Made by a program: the position numbers and the translations under genes
Shown here: positions 47,233 through 59,929 of the stretch, one piece after another
Position numbering within the stretch: position 1 is the stretch's first letter
Layout of the letters: the number at the start of each line of letters is the position of its first letter
Assembly: GCA_001949185.1 (NCBI GenBank)
Contig: BDGG01000001.1
Coordinates: 5,509,527 to 5,573,526, forward strand
Length of the DNA stretch: 64,000 nt
Direction: 5' to 3'
Origin: Ramazzottius varieornatus
Lineage: Eukaryota; Animalia; Tardigrada
The notes under the pieces: generated by a model
Databases searched by the model: none
Told to the model about the DNA's origin: nothing
Seen by the model: only the letters and a program-made list of their open reading frames with translations

Positions 47233-47883
47233 TCACGATCTTTCCACGATAACTTCAAAAACGCAAGCAGTGACTGTAGTAGCCTTTGCCGAAACCGCCG
47301 ATCTTATGCCAAGCGCAGAAAGCGCACCACGAATTATTCCACAGGGAAAAGTAATAAATCGTGCGGCAGCGGCGTAATACTGATCTACACCCTCAACCGA
47401 GAAAAAGGTTAAGGGCTTGAAAGTATTGTCCGTGAAGACGTACGTCCCGTGGTTGTTAGTCCGCAGAGTGTCGATCTGCTTGTCGTAAATGTACTTCCAG
47501 AGATCAGTGCAAATATACTTCATGATCTCCAGCTCGTCTTTAAATCGCTGGTGATCTTTGAGAAGACGTTCAATCAGTCGTAGACCCACTTGATAGCCCA
47601 TCCCTTCCAACTTGGACAGGACGACATCCGGTGTGACGTTTAGCCTCTTCATGCTCTCGTCGAGCTTCTCAACTTCCGGAGGATTGTTGCGGGCATGCTT
47701 CCGTGCTTTGAGGCTGGGGAGTGGAGCATATCCGTCCGATGTCTGCGACGAGGAGTAAGTCAGAGCACATAGGACAAGCATGGAAGAAACGCTTACCTTG
47801 TCCAGCTCGTTGAACAACACGACCGATAGCTCGTTGGCAAGGAGGTGATACAGAAAGGAAGGTCCGGAAAATGTGTCGGCCAT
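47233..47883 (-). CDS. TRAPPC6: TRAPP complex subunit 6 (Trs33)
   Basis: LEGMGYQVGLRLIER, RFKDELEIMKYICTDLW, IDTLRTNNHGTYV, FPCGIIRGAL. Small in-frame intron ~47796-47743. Confidence 0.92.
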   Translation of the reverse strand: MADTFSGPSFLYHLLANELSVVLFNELDKVSVSSMLVLCALTYSSSQTSDGYAPLPSLKARKHARNNPPEVEKLDESMKRLNVTPDVVLSKLEGMGYQVGLRLIERLLKDHQRFKDELEIMKYICTDLWKYIYDKQIDTLRTNNHGTYVFTDNTFKPLTFFSVEGVDQYYAAAARFITFPCGIIRGALSALGIRSAVSAKATTVTACVFEVIVERS

Positions 47884-48437
47884 ATTGTGAAGACCAAGGT
47901 CCAAGACTATAGAGATAAAATTTTAGAGAAACTGGGCAAATCATACAGAAGTAACAGAACGGCAAGCTTCACTTCCGGTGCATAGTGCATGCTTGATAAC
48001 CTGCGCGGCCGCCACGGATGAGACGCGCATATACGCGCATGTAATCTTCCAATCAAGTAACTGGATGAGAGGAGGAATGTTACGAGATCCGAAGTTACTG
48101 AGGGGTTTGGTCGTTAGGGGGGTTCGTACTTTGGAGCGATCAGCTGAGCTGTGTCAGCTGGCCAAAGCAACCAGGCAGAAAATCAAAACAGTCGTGACTC
48201 AACCGGATCTCTGAAGCCGATTTCTTTCCTGACAGCTCCATCATTAGAAATCCTCCCACCATCTTCCAGGTAAGAATAGCTGGTATGTGCAACTGAACAG
48301 AGGTTCGCACTGTTGTAGCTTCTCCACGGATCGATGACTGAGGCTCGGAGCCGGCCCATACAGTTCTGCCCGACGTCTAATTATCCCCCGTCCTCGGTGA
48401 CTCTAAAAACTCCTTGAGCTTTTAAATCTCAGACAAA

Positions 48438-49954
48438 ATGCATTTCGGGACCTTGCTGCTACTCTGCTGGACTGCATGTTTCATCGGTAAGCTCGTGTGG
48501 GTCCTTTAGACCACTGTTGTCCGAATTGTCTCCGTGAACGAGTTACGTAATACTGTGTCTCGCATAGATTGCTGTTCCATGGTCTTCAAGGATCCTTGCC
48601 CAGTAAGTACGCTAGTAATCTCTGTGGAGGCTGTTCCCTATCTATGTGTGGCTTGGGTTGTTTCAGAATGTATCTTGCCCAGAAGGGACAAAATGCAAGG
48701 CAAGGATGGACTACTACTGTGATGATCGATTCGGAGGAGTATGCACGTCGGTGGCGACTTGCGTAAATGCAGCAACCAAAGGTATTCGTGGTCCAGCAGT
48801 TCTCTTACCACTGAGAATCTGGCTAAAAACACGCTTTTAATTCGCAGATCCATGTGATCGGCAAAAGTGCGAAGAAGACACAAAATGCGTCAACGTGATC
48901 GACCAGTGCACCTACAACGGTACGCTGTGCACTATGAAGGCTCAATGCAACGGTAAGCTCGAAACATTTTCAGTTTCAAATTGGATATTAACACTCACTT
49001 TCGTGGCGCAAAGTTATGTTTCTGTACTGAGTTTCCAGATGAAAAATTTCGAGTCGAATTTTTTGCTTTGCCCGGAAAATCAAGTTCCGTACTGATTTCA
49101 ATCTTTGTTCACTGGCTAGCGGCTCCTCCGAAACTCAGATATCAGTTATTCGCTTTCAAACAAATGTCGCCATGGTCAGCAGACTGATTTTTGGCGGACT
49201 TCTGTTTGACCCAAAGTCATGTACTAAATTCAATTTTGGATTCAAGACTGGATTACAGCTCTTGAACAGTTTTAGGTTCAATCGCCCAGTGGTCAAAAGA
49301 AATTTTGATTGTGTGGTCTTTTGATTCGGCAAGTGACGCACTTCCGTCAGATTTTCCAAATTTTGGCCGATCGGGGAGGTGGTGATTGGTCCCATCCGGC
49401 TACGCCCCCGGGTTTCCACCAGTCAAAGAGTGACGAAAGTGACTTTCACCCTTAGTATTCTGACAGTATGAAATTGCGTAGTAGCGCAAGTGTTAAATTG
49501 GATGTCTATAAAATATTGCTGTTCTATGTCTGAAAGAAGTATTAGGGTTTCGGGAAGGGCGAATAGATTTGTTCTGAACTTTTTCTGTGCATTTTCAGCG
49601 GTCAATCGGTCAGGGAGATGTCCGGACGGCAAAATGCTGGCGGTGCACAGTTGCATGAACAGCTGTGACAAGGACAAGTTGGACAGTATGTGTCCCAAAA
49701 ATACCAAATGCTGCTACAGCGAGATGGCAATGGGTAACTTCTGCGTCAACACTGACGGAGTGACAAGCACCGTTTTTCCTGATGGGGAGCAGACAGTCGC
49801 GAGTACTCCAACCAGCAACGCTTCCGGCAGTACATTCACCTCCAACATCACCGGTATTTTCCTCAGCGAACCAAGACCGGCTTTACGGACCCAGAATTCC
49901 TTCAAGATCAACCAAGTGAATGGGGTGACTAGGAAGAACCAAATCCATGTATAA
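48438..49954 (+). CDS. Secreted Cys-rich protein: two follistatin-N-like modules, a WAP-like domain and a Ser/Thr tail (5 exons)
   Basis: Signal MHFGTLLLLCWTACFI; DPCPNVSCPEGTKC; DPCDRQKCEEDTKC; GRCP...C...C...CPKNTKCC...C. All introns GT-AG and in frame. Confidence 0.7.
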
Positions 49955-51419
49955 TACCGAATACTTCAACTGAACGTAATCTATATTTCAACTGTGCAAT
50001 GACAAGAATATACGGGTCTTTCAAAATATCTTGCCGACAACGATTATAACTAATGTTCCTGACTTTGACCGTGAGTATTCTAGTGTTTTTTTGACATATT
50101 CTCTGCAATCGACATTTAGAGTTTCGAACCCATTTTAACGTCTTTATTTGTCCTTAGCTTTGCGATGGAAAGGTGTGCTTGTTTCGACTGACATTCGATT
50201 CTGACAGCGGTTCGCGGTTACTACATGTTCACGAGAAGTGCGATGGAAAGAAAGGCCAAACCTGTTTTCCTTCCTTTCCGTAGGAACATAGTTAGAGTTG
50301 TCGATTACTCTTGTGGGGAAAAAGGCTTATTACCGAATGACTATTCGGGTCAGAAATATTCGACAGTCTTCGTTATCGACGTTTTCACACTTTGGTTCAC
50401 CGAGAGAGTGTCAAGGAAGCCTTAGTCATCATCCCTTCAAGGTGCTGAGCCGCTTCCGTAAGCTTTCACAGCCTTTCACCGGAGTTGCTTGCAGGTGCTT
50501 CTCATGGCTTTCATTAGGAATGACGCTGTTTCCTCCAGCACATGGCTCGCAGCCACTGATTAGTCTTCCGAAGGCTACTGACTATCATTCAGTCATCGAT
50601 GTAAGTTCGAGTGACGGAATGACATTTCGAGAGACCGCAAAGAATATCCGTGTATCTGCACGGCTGGACTTCCGGGTCTATACACGTGCACTGGTGCGAG
50701 CTGGAATACCGTCCATGTGCACCGGTTGATCGGAAGAAGCAAACTCGGAACTGTCATGGTAATCCAAGTGGCTCACCTTCATCGGTACTGTACAGTATTA
50801 ATAACACGTGTGCCACCTTGAGAGGTACCGTATTTACAGACGTGGAAGCAAGGACATTTTTCTGGGGAAACCCGGTTGAATGCGTCGCGCCAATATTCAG
50901 ACTGATCATGTTTTGGGGCATAGAAGCTTTGGTAAGTTATGAGGTCAGTACTGAACTTTGGCTCTTCGAGCGACGCTCAACGCCAGGTTCGCTGTGACGT
51001 GAGTTCGTACTGAAGGCGGATTTGCACGTGGACCCACGATGACATGATCGAGGTACCCGCCTCCTCCGCCATGCGTGTCCTGTCCACATGTACTGTACCA
51101 ATATAGGGTTATCAGACGGGCCAAGTACATAATACTGATCGGAGTGAGTAACGGTTGAACCATCGTTTTCCTTGGTGAGTACCCTGCCAGTAATTCACCT
51201 TCCAGTCGACCACTCGCAAATCTACACTTTTTACCGCGACCATCATTCCGCGCTTACATAAAAGCGAGATCATCTGCCTATGTTTTTATGTACTCTCAAC
51301 TTGGCAACATCGTCACTCCATTCTTTAAGTTCTTCCTCTTGATTCTGTAGAATTTATTGGATTTATATTCGAGAGCGAACTGTACTAGAATACTTTCCTC
51401 ATCTTTCGATCCCGTAACA

Positions 51420-52167
51420 ATGGCTGCTATGGGTTCTCCTGCTTTCAATAAGAAATCATCCACTCACAACAAGCACGGCGTGCCTTTCTTGTATTCCCCG
51501 CAGTCGGTCCTTCATGCCATGGACCAGTTCAATCACGCCGTGGACACGATGGAACACAATGTGCTTGTGCCGTGCCGTCTCCAAGATATCGATGATCCCG
51601 TCATGGGCGATCTCCACGCCGCCTATAAACTCCTGGCTCGGACTAAGATCAACCTGATGTATGGCGATACCGTCGAAGTCCACCGCAAGACCTCCCGCAT
51701 GCAGCCTCCTCCTGTTTCTCCGACAGCTATGACCGATAGTACTATGTCACTTGCTTCAGACGGTTCTTCGGAAACTAGTGACATTGGTGGGGACGGCGAC
51801 AGTCCCTCCCCGACTCCCACGCTTGACCCTACGATGGTCAAGCTGCACCAGGCTCTAAACCAGGTAGACTATTTCAGCCAAAATGGGACGTCGACAGGAT
51901 TTGAACATGGTTGATATTTTCGGTGGCGCACGTTCCCATTGTTCTCGGTCAAAAGGGTGCGCCACTTGGGAAAATGATCTTGTTCAGTTCAGTTGCCGAC
52001 AGCTCAATTATTTCCGTAGGTTTCGGGCTTTCAGCGTTCTGTTTTGCAATTTTCAACAATTTTCCGTTGGGTAGAACTTGCGAACGCTATGTGGAATACT
52101 GGAGCAAATGACCGAGGCAGCTAATCGTGTGACAAATCTCTACCTGAACGAAGTTGCGGGACCTTGA
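51420..52167 (+). CDS. Spot14/MID1IP1 family protein (2 exons)
   Basis: SVLHAMDQFNHAVDTMEHNVLVPCRLQDI; DLHAAYKLL; C-terminal ILEQMTEAANRVTNLY. Intron 51864-52074. Confidence 0.88.
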
Positions 52168-53185
52168 AAGTCTTTCTTCTGATCATCCGATATGGAGCAA
52201 CTTACCCGCGTTTGGCTGCCCGCATTTTGTTGAGTTTCCTTTGCTGTTGGCCCTTTCTTTATAATTCTTGCCATGTCTAGCCAATATTACTACTGGCAAT
52301 GCTGCTCTTGGTTTCTGCAATTACTTCAAAACACCGTCTTCTTACTGCGTTCTTTCATGATTAATCATTCTGGATCACCTCCGTTCACTCATATATTGCA
52401 TTGAGTAGTCGGTCACTTTCCTCGCTTCCGGGTTGATTCTCGCTGTCGAGCCGCTTTTGTGGGTTTGCTGGCTGAGAACGTTAAATTAATTTTCGATCTG
52501 CTTTTTCTCGCCTTTCCCAAAAAGTGCGTCTCATTCTTCTCTACTTATGTATCCAAAATCGATGTATATAAAGCTGCCATCAGCCAGTAACGCAAGCGCG
52601 CACACGAGGCGAAGACGCTATTTTGGTGGCGACCGAAACAGCTGGTGCCTATTTTGAGATACGAGGGGATAACTTGTCAGGCTCTGGCTGGACGATCCTC
52701 ACGTTGTCCCAAATCACCACGCGCCCGAGTTAGACTGTCGCTTATTGCCCTGCCAAAACTTTCTGGGTTCTGTTTGATTTTCTCCTCATCAGCTGTTCAC
52801 TGTTTGCCAGCGTGCTTGGCGAGTGTTGGCTAAATGATTTATGATCGGTGTGGGAACGGACTTCGCGCCTTCCGTTCAAGGTCCGCTTGTCGCAGCCTTT
52901 CTTCCACTGCGAACAATCAAGTTCACGGTGACGATCGACATCGTTCGCAGACTCTTGAGCGCCATAACTGGAATAAAGATCGGGTTAGCACCATAGATAA
53001 GACTGTAGCTCATCAGCTGATATAATAGCTGCTTGCTCGAACATCTGATAAACCAGCGCTGTTCATGGTTTCCAGTTTCCGCCGGTACTTCCCACTGGAC
53101 AACTGTATGTACAGACTGCACTGCAAATCTCACTACATACGCGAGTACATCTACTCACTCTACTGATCCCTAACCTAGCCAGTGG

Positions 53186-53273
53186 CGCCACCGATACATC
53201 GCCACCGATACATCGCCACCGATAACCCAAAGCCACTCTTCAGGGGACCCCCTGAAGAGTGGCTTTGGATAAC
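53186..53273. repeat. 14-bp tandem repeat followed by a perfect 20-bp-stem palindrome flanked by ATAAC direct repeats
   Basis: CGCCACCGATACAT x~2.8; CCAAAGCCACTCTTCAGGGG-AC-CCCCTGAAGAGTGGCTTTGG (53227-53268). Confidence 0.85.
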
Positions 53274-55184
53274 CTAACAGAACAAGCTCGATGAGAGCCA
53301 CAACGACGATAGCGCTTGTAGTGTACCGACAACGCACTCATCTCTGCAACGGTAGTTACCCAGAACGCCAGAACCATCATCCGTCTGATGGTTTGTCGTC
53401 TGACGGAACTTCGTCTGACACGTCCTGAACAACATTCAGGGGCAGCTTAAAGCCTACTGCATCGTGCTGACGATGCCCAAATCTGTCTGAACTGTAACCT
53501 ACGTTCAACTAGCGTGTGCTTTACTGAACAAACGCGGAGGTGACTTAGCCGGAATGGAGGCACTCGTAATTTGGATTCGACGCGAATCCGAATGCCCCCT
53601 TTGTTGAGCGGGGAATCAGTACAGAAAATGCAGGGTGGGCGGGTGGAAGAGAAGTTTTTTCGTGTAGCGACACGAGAAGCAAACGAAATGAACTTTGCCC
53701 AATCGGCGTAGACCATGATCGAGGGGAATGTGAGCTGTGTTGTGCAGAGAGGATGAAAGTACTGGTAAGAAACCTGGTATCGAGTGCGAAAAACCAATGA
53801 TGCATAACGATATGAAAGCAGCGTGGATAGTGTAATGCTTGGATGAGAAGAAAGGAAAGAAGGTGTGTTGCCGTAAGAAAGCGGTGGTCAGCACACGTTA
53901 ACCAAAACTGAACTCGAGCCAATTTTAAACAAACGGGTGATAAGAGCTAAAATCCCTGCAGGAACTGATACCGGCATATTTAGTTGATCAGCATCCGATC
54001 ACACGCATCCGTAGGTTGATTTATTGTCTGCCCAAAAAGCAGATCTTAGAACTCTCGAATACAAGCAACTGAAGTTTTGATTCGAGCACGCATAAACAGT
54101 TGGGGCAGCCAGATTACTCATACGGTACCCAGCTCGCGATATCCACTGCATGACGTGCCCCAGCCCGTTTATAATGGAAGGGTAGCTCATGACGTACGTA
54201 TGTCACTACATAGGCCATTCTTAATCGACTGAGTCACGCAACCGCTTTATTGAGATGACGGCTACCAGTTGATTTGACAGCTTGATTTTGCGTTATAGCT
54301 CCTCCAGCGCAAATTATTGTTGCCGCCGATACAGTGTGAGGCTATTACGTAATGCTCGCAGAGCTTAGTAGTACAACCTTGCATGCGACTTGATACCCCA
54401 TGTTATCCCATGTCAAACCACTTCAGGTGGTCTAACAGGGGATTTTTGGGCACGAGCTGTCGTTGCGGAGCTGGTTTTGTTCGTAAGTTCGTGTTTGAAC
54501 CCTTCTGCTGAACTTTGCCCAGTGAAGGGCAAAGTACAACATTAGTGGAGATAAGCTTGTGAATGGGATATGACTGAGGAGAAGCGAAAGTAGGTCACAA
54601 AAGATGGAGATAAGGCTCTAGCATTGCATTCTGAGTAACAGAGAGTAATTCAATGGTTGCGAACTTGGGATACGCGTTGCCATCATCCCAGTTCCCGTTT
54701 TCTTCCCTTTAGCCTCCATCGGCGGCAACAGTACCCGTTAGGGTGCAGTCCCGCGAATTATTCTAGACTTAGAAACGGATCTTGTGTCGATGAGATCCGT
54801 TTTATGTCCGTCTATTTTGGGTTCCGTTTGAAACTTCATTTTATTTGATGAAATATCAAGGACGTTCAGCGATCGAATAGTCAAGGAAGGACGGGTGGAT
54901 CTGGTAACAGGTCTATCGGCTTTTGGCAACGAGTAAATGTTCACTGTGGCACCTTCGTCGATGCTGAGGTCAAGGGAGTACACGAGGTCAATCAGCCGAA
55001 CGCTCTACAGTCAGGAGCACAGCGCGGGGAGAGCCGGCCAATCACGTGCAGGTAGGCGTGGTAGCTCAGCATACTTCAGAGGCGGTCCTTGTGTCGTCAC
55101 CCGAATATCGAACTGTTCAAGGCCGAAGCATGGGCTGATTTCCTGATTTCCATACGATTAGAGATAGGCTTTGGTGCACGTGTA

Positions 55185-55523
55185 CGAGGTGAACGACATA
55201 ATCTGGGCGTACTGGTTTTTCACTTGCAATTTGGGCATATTTTTTCTCAGCTCCTGTTGCGTGTAACCAACTTCTTCGTGTTTCCCGAGGCGGATCCTTC
55301 CTCTTGAGATCTTAATAGGTTTGAGAACGACAAGTTTTGTATAACAGAGGAATCTATCCTGGGGGAGAGATGGGTTTGTCCAATGTTAACAAGCCTAAAG
55401 TAGTATCTGCAGGTACACGATGAGAGATGAATCAAGCGTTGACGATAACACTCGAACTTTTCGCGTTGCCCGAATTGTGGTGCGAAAATCGGTACGCCCG
55501 AATTACTTATGTCGTTTACCTCG
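55185..55523. mobile_element. mariner-type MITE (family D), copy 1
   Basis: TA-CGAGGTGAACGACATAA...TTATGTCGTTTACCTCG-TA; internal sequence colinear with 58026-58365. Confidence 0.85.
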
Positions 55524-56180
55524 TACTTGGTAACCCTCTTCGATGCAATCATCCGCCTGGTCCCGAGCACTACAGACAGTGCTCAGGGAGCGATTTGTCT
55601 CTGTCCCAAGCAACCTTGCAGGCTCTGCACGAGGTTACCACAAAGATGGTAACGCTTCCACGAACCATACCCATTCCTCTGAACTAACAAAAAACAGCGG
55701 AATAAGTAAATTAGTCACACAGAAAGGTTGCACAGACAGACAGCTAAGACATCGTTACTGGTCAGTTGCCAGCAGCCATTCACCTTTTTGCATAGTATAG
55801 TACAGGCGAAAGTAACAACAACCATCATGGGTAGTAACTGTATTCCACAACGATAGCTTGGAAACCGCAGGTCTTCGCAGAAACTGATGCCCTTATATGT
55901 CACCAGCAAACTAATGCTGGAAATAAATGGGGTGACTAGCTCAAAGGTTGCTGAGAAATCTCAGCTAGACCAAAGCCCGGAAGCGAACCGAGGATTTTGT
56001 GCACATCGCAGCTGATACAAGAACAGAGCACTGGAAGGCATAGTTTTGCCAGCTCTCCACCTGGCATAGCAAGAGTCAGGATATCGAACTTCCTGACAAA
56101 TTCCACCAGTCCGTGAGAACCGTGACAGCAAAAGGTGGGGTATACTAGCCGAACTTGGAAGCCCGCTCCGGGTTCGAATG

Positions 56181-57400
56181 CTAGGATGGTGGCAACCTGG
56201 GGTTGCTAGCTTTCAGTTTATGTTGCATGTACACGTAAAGGGCATATCCGATGAGCGCCAAAGCGATAAAGATGCTTGTGATTGCAATACCACCAACGCA
56301 GTCAGGTCCACAAAAAAACGACTTGACGTCCGTCACTTTCGACTGAAAGACGGAATGCTCTTCGTAGCCTTCCAGTCTAACCGAAAACATTCCAGCTGAG
56401 CAGTTTTGCGAGCAGGAGCACGCGGTATCCTAGAGTGCAAGGTCAACACTTGAGTAGAATTCAAACAGAAATTCAGAACGCCATCCGATTTTTGAGCTAC
56501 AGTACATATGTTGAGTACTGGAATGTAAACATACGTCTCCATCGCTATGGCTCGAACCGGAAACAAATGACTCCTTGTTGCAGGACTTCCTACCTGGGTA
56601 GAATGGATTTTCGGAATTGGGCCAAGAACATCCGTAGTTTGTTCCGTTTTCGTCTGTAAAAATAACGTCCACAACTCTTTTCTGAGTTAAATAGGTGCCA
56701 CTATTTGGGCTTGGTTGTACTGCGGTGGCGATCCGGTTACCTTTTGATTTTACTGTATAACAGTACCGGTAGTTGGTCGCATTGCAGCTGTCAGTATGGT
56801 TCCTGTTTTCGAAGGTGATGTTCAGTGAAAAGTTTGTGCCGAGAGCGCCATCCGTGATCCTGCATAGTTTCTTCCTTGATTCATCATTCCGCCAATAATG
56901 TAGCAGAACAGCAGGGCGTGTGAGGAGGGCGTTATCATCACCTTTGACTCAGCACAGAAAACGGTCGCAGACAGTAACACAAAGCATTGTCTGCTAGTAT
57001 AGGGCGTCTTGAATATTCCGTTTTACAAAATTTCAGAACTGTGCTCAATTTACGCGCGCAGTAGCACAAGATTCGCAAGCAGCAGGCAGATGGTCGCTTC
57101 TCATCTCTCTTGTAGCTTCTGTATTCCATTAACCTATCATGTAAGGAAGTCAGCTGTCAGAATGTTGCCGAGGAATGGTAACGTAAAGGACCCCAGAGCC
57201 GCGCCCCAGGAAGAGTTGTCTTTTGCTCATAAGGCACAGGTTCCCGTGAACCGGACCGTCCAGCACGCACAGAGTATACCAGTTCTTGCGGAGTCCTGTG
57301 AGCACATGTCGGTCCTTGACAATCGGCCGAAAAGTGTGGTTTTCGAGCCGGGTCGTACCTGTACCCGCTGCAGGTAGTCGGGAGTTACCGACTACCGATG
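56181..57400 (-). CDS. Putative uncharacterised single-pass membrane glycoprotein (exon structure incomplete)
   Basis: Exon-like pieces rich in NxS/T and Cys (NFSLNITFENRNHTDSCNATNY; NGTNYGCSWP) and a TM segment CVGGIAITSIFIALALIGYALYVYM. Confidence 0.35.
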
Positions 57401-57781
57401 AAACACATTCTGCAAATCGCTTTTTTGTCAGCTTGCGTGCTATTACTATCCAGCCATAGTCAGATAACGGTAAAACTAGCGGAGTTGCCCATGTAAGATC
57501 GCATGCAGGAGTTGTCTGCCCTGGTTCTCATCATCCGGTGATCAGACCCCGCCCTGCTCTAGTTCATCCGACAGGAGAAAACGTGTATCTACCTATGTAC
57601 TTGGTAAACACAGTGTACAGGAAAACAGAGCGGGTTTGTTGACTGTTGAGAGGCATTCGCTGGGAAGAGGGATGGTCGACACAATGCTAAAAAGCCTGTT
57701 TTGAAAAATCAGTTGATTTCATTCAATCAAGTTACGCTGCACATGCATATGTAGACATTTGAGGGTGGACAACTCCACCAT

Positions 57782-57966
57782 CAGTGTTATTTTACTATGC
57801 AACTGACTGTAAGTAAAATCAATTATCGCTGACGAATTTCAATTATTTAAACTAAAGTTCCATTTCCTGTTATGGATCAATCAATCAAGCGGACACCAAC
57901 CCGCACAATTAAAAAGATTTTAATTATTAAAATCGATTTCCTATTATAATGGTTAAAATAACACTG
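57782..57966. mobile_element. hAT-type MITE
   Basis: TIRs CAGTGTTATTTTA / TAAAATAACACTG; flanks TCCACCAT and TCCACC-TCCACCAT (modified 8-bp TSD). Confidence 0.75.
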
Positions 57967-58025
57967 TCCACCTCCACCATGCGATTTTGTCAATACATGG
58001 AAAACTCCGCTAGTTTTACCTTGTA

Positions 58026-58365
58026 CGAGGTAAACGACATAATTCGGGCATAGTGGTTTTTCATTCGTAATTCGGGGATATTTTTACTCAGCTCCTGCTG
58101 CGCGTAGTGAACTGCTTCTTGTTTCGCGAGGTAGACTGATCCCTCTCTAGGAGGTTTCAATAGCTTTGAGAACAACAAAGCGTTGTGGATCACGGGAATT
58201 TGGCCTGGGAGAGACATGGGCTTGTCCAATGTTAAAAAGCCTAATGTTGTATCAACAGGAGTACGATGAGAGATGAATCAAGCGTTGACAATAATGTTAA
58301 AACTTTTCGCGTTGCCCGAATTGTGGTGCGAAAATCGAAATGCCCGAATTATGTCGTTTACCTCG
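58026..58365. mobile_element. mariner-type MITE (family D), copy 2
   Basis: Perfect 25-bp TIRs CGAGGTAAACGACATAATTCGGGCA; TA TSD. Confidence 0.9.
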
Positions 58366-58367
58366 TA

Positions 58368-58520
58368 CCGTAAAGTATTAGGGTTCGACGCGCGTTCAAC
58401 CACGTGATGAGTCATCGTTGCCACTACTGCCGAGTATGATCTGCATCGTTGACTCTCACCCGGGCGTTATTTACTGTTCACATGGTCGAGTGCTCGTTGA
58501 ACTGTGAGCACTGTAGTCGG
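58368..58520. mobile_element. MITE family A, degenerate copy 2
   Basis: Shares TCAACCACGTGATGAGTCATCGTTG and TCTCACCCGGGC...TTTACTGTTCAC with 19454-19607. Confidence 0.75.
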
Positions 58521-59073
58521 TGTAGTGCAGTCCTTGAATTCCAGAGTACGTCCAGCCATTTTGGTCCTTCTGGTGCAGCATACAACCATTCGTCCCTATT
58601 TTATGTTATGTAAAGGCTTCGTACTGATAGTCAGAACCAAGAAGCTTAGATTTTTTAACCCATACTACAGTGCACGATATAAGGTTTCAGAAATGGGCGG
58701 ACGCCTTTGATACCAGCAAGGAATCAAAATCAAATTTGATTCGCTGTGTCCACCTGGTTTCCGTTTGAAAGTTTGTTTTGCGGTAACTGTTTTTTGAAAG
58801 TTTGTTTTGCAGTAACTGTACTAAGTTATAACTGTTTAAAATTAAACCGACACGGTTGGTCGGCTCTGGTTTATGGGTCGACGGGGTCCGCACTGGCCAT
58901 TGTGTTCGAAAGTCGTCTAGTATTCTATAGTACAACGCTCTCAGGTCGGCCTCGATATCGGGTGGCCTTACTCTAGTTCTCCACAAGTATTTTCTATCGA
59001 TCAAATGAAAAAGCAAAGCTCTTCAAAAGAAAGCGGGATGCACTACAAGAACATGAAGGGGGTATTACACCGA

Positions 59074-59929
59074 TTAATGCTTCTTATCGTAAGTGTCCTT
59101 TCCTTTGTAGTTTCCAACGTACCTGCAAAACACAGTCCTACGTTATCGACTTCAATACGTAAAGTTTCCTCGACGTCAGTTGCCAGAAAGAGCGGAAGTT
59201 AACTTACCCGCTGTTTTCGTGTACGTCTTCTCTGCCAGAAATACCCTTGCCTTTGCCTTCCGCATCGAAGCGCTCCTTGTGCATACCTGTGTACTTCGTA
59301 GTATCGGAGAGGCGATTAACGCCGCCCACGTCGATCACGTCCTGCGGAAAGGAAAGCAGATTTCAGAGTGATATCGATGTTCGAAGAGAATAATACTATA
59401 AACATCAAACACTCAGCGCAGCGATCTGAAATTCGTAAAGAAACTTACAGTGGTTCCGGTGGTTCCTGGTCCAGTATTTCTGGTCAGTTTCGCCACCATC
59501 TTCTGAACCTCTCCGTTAGGGTCTTCTTTGTTGGCCTGAGCAGCCAGCTGGGCCAGCCATTGTTTGAACTGGTCAAAAGTCATAGTTTTGGCTGCGTTTC
59601 TACAAGAAAACATTTTTGCATCTTTCGTTTTTGTGGCAGAAAGGCAGACAAGTTCACTCACGAAAATCCGCTGCTAGGAAAAATGTTTTACGAAATTTTC
59701 AGGCGAAGTCTGCTCACCCGACCACTTTCTTGAAGGTAATACTGGTGTCGGTGGTTGTGATTTTCTTTCCGAGGACTTCGGCCTCCTTCAGCCACTTGTC
59801 TGCGTTCTTCAAAGCCATGTTATTTCCCGTGAAGGTCTTGTCGCCGAATTTGCCGTAGTTCTCGAACCCAGCCTTCAGCTGACCCATGGCACCGCCATCC
59901 ACGGAGCTCCAGTCGACACTTCCGGGCAT
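59074..59929 (-). CDS. TPPP: Tubulin polymerization-promoting protein (p25-alpha family), 4 exons
   Basis: DKWLKEA...[13 protein letters not shown]; [30 protein letters not shown]; [15 protein letters not shown]. Confidence 0.92.

Noticed and set aside
48988-49496. TTAA-CACT ... AGTG-TTAA ends in a long intron (piggyBac-like MITE?)
   Set aside because: Only 4 bp of inverted match beyond TTAA; insufficient support.
50680-51090. Several CACGTG E-boxes upstream of the Spot14-family gene (possible ChoRE)
   Set aside because: No pair shows the 5-bp spacing of a ChoRE.
52200-55100. Many short ORFs on both strands
   Set aside because: No recognisable motifs or consistent exon chain; likely UTR or intergenic.
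57990-58229. 79-aa ORF with a homologous segment near 55200-55400, suggesting a duplicated gene
   Set aside because: Both lie inside TIR-bounded, TA-flanked MITE copies and the frame is not conserved between them.
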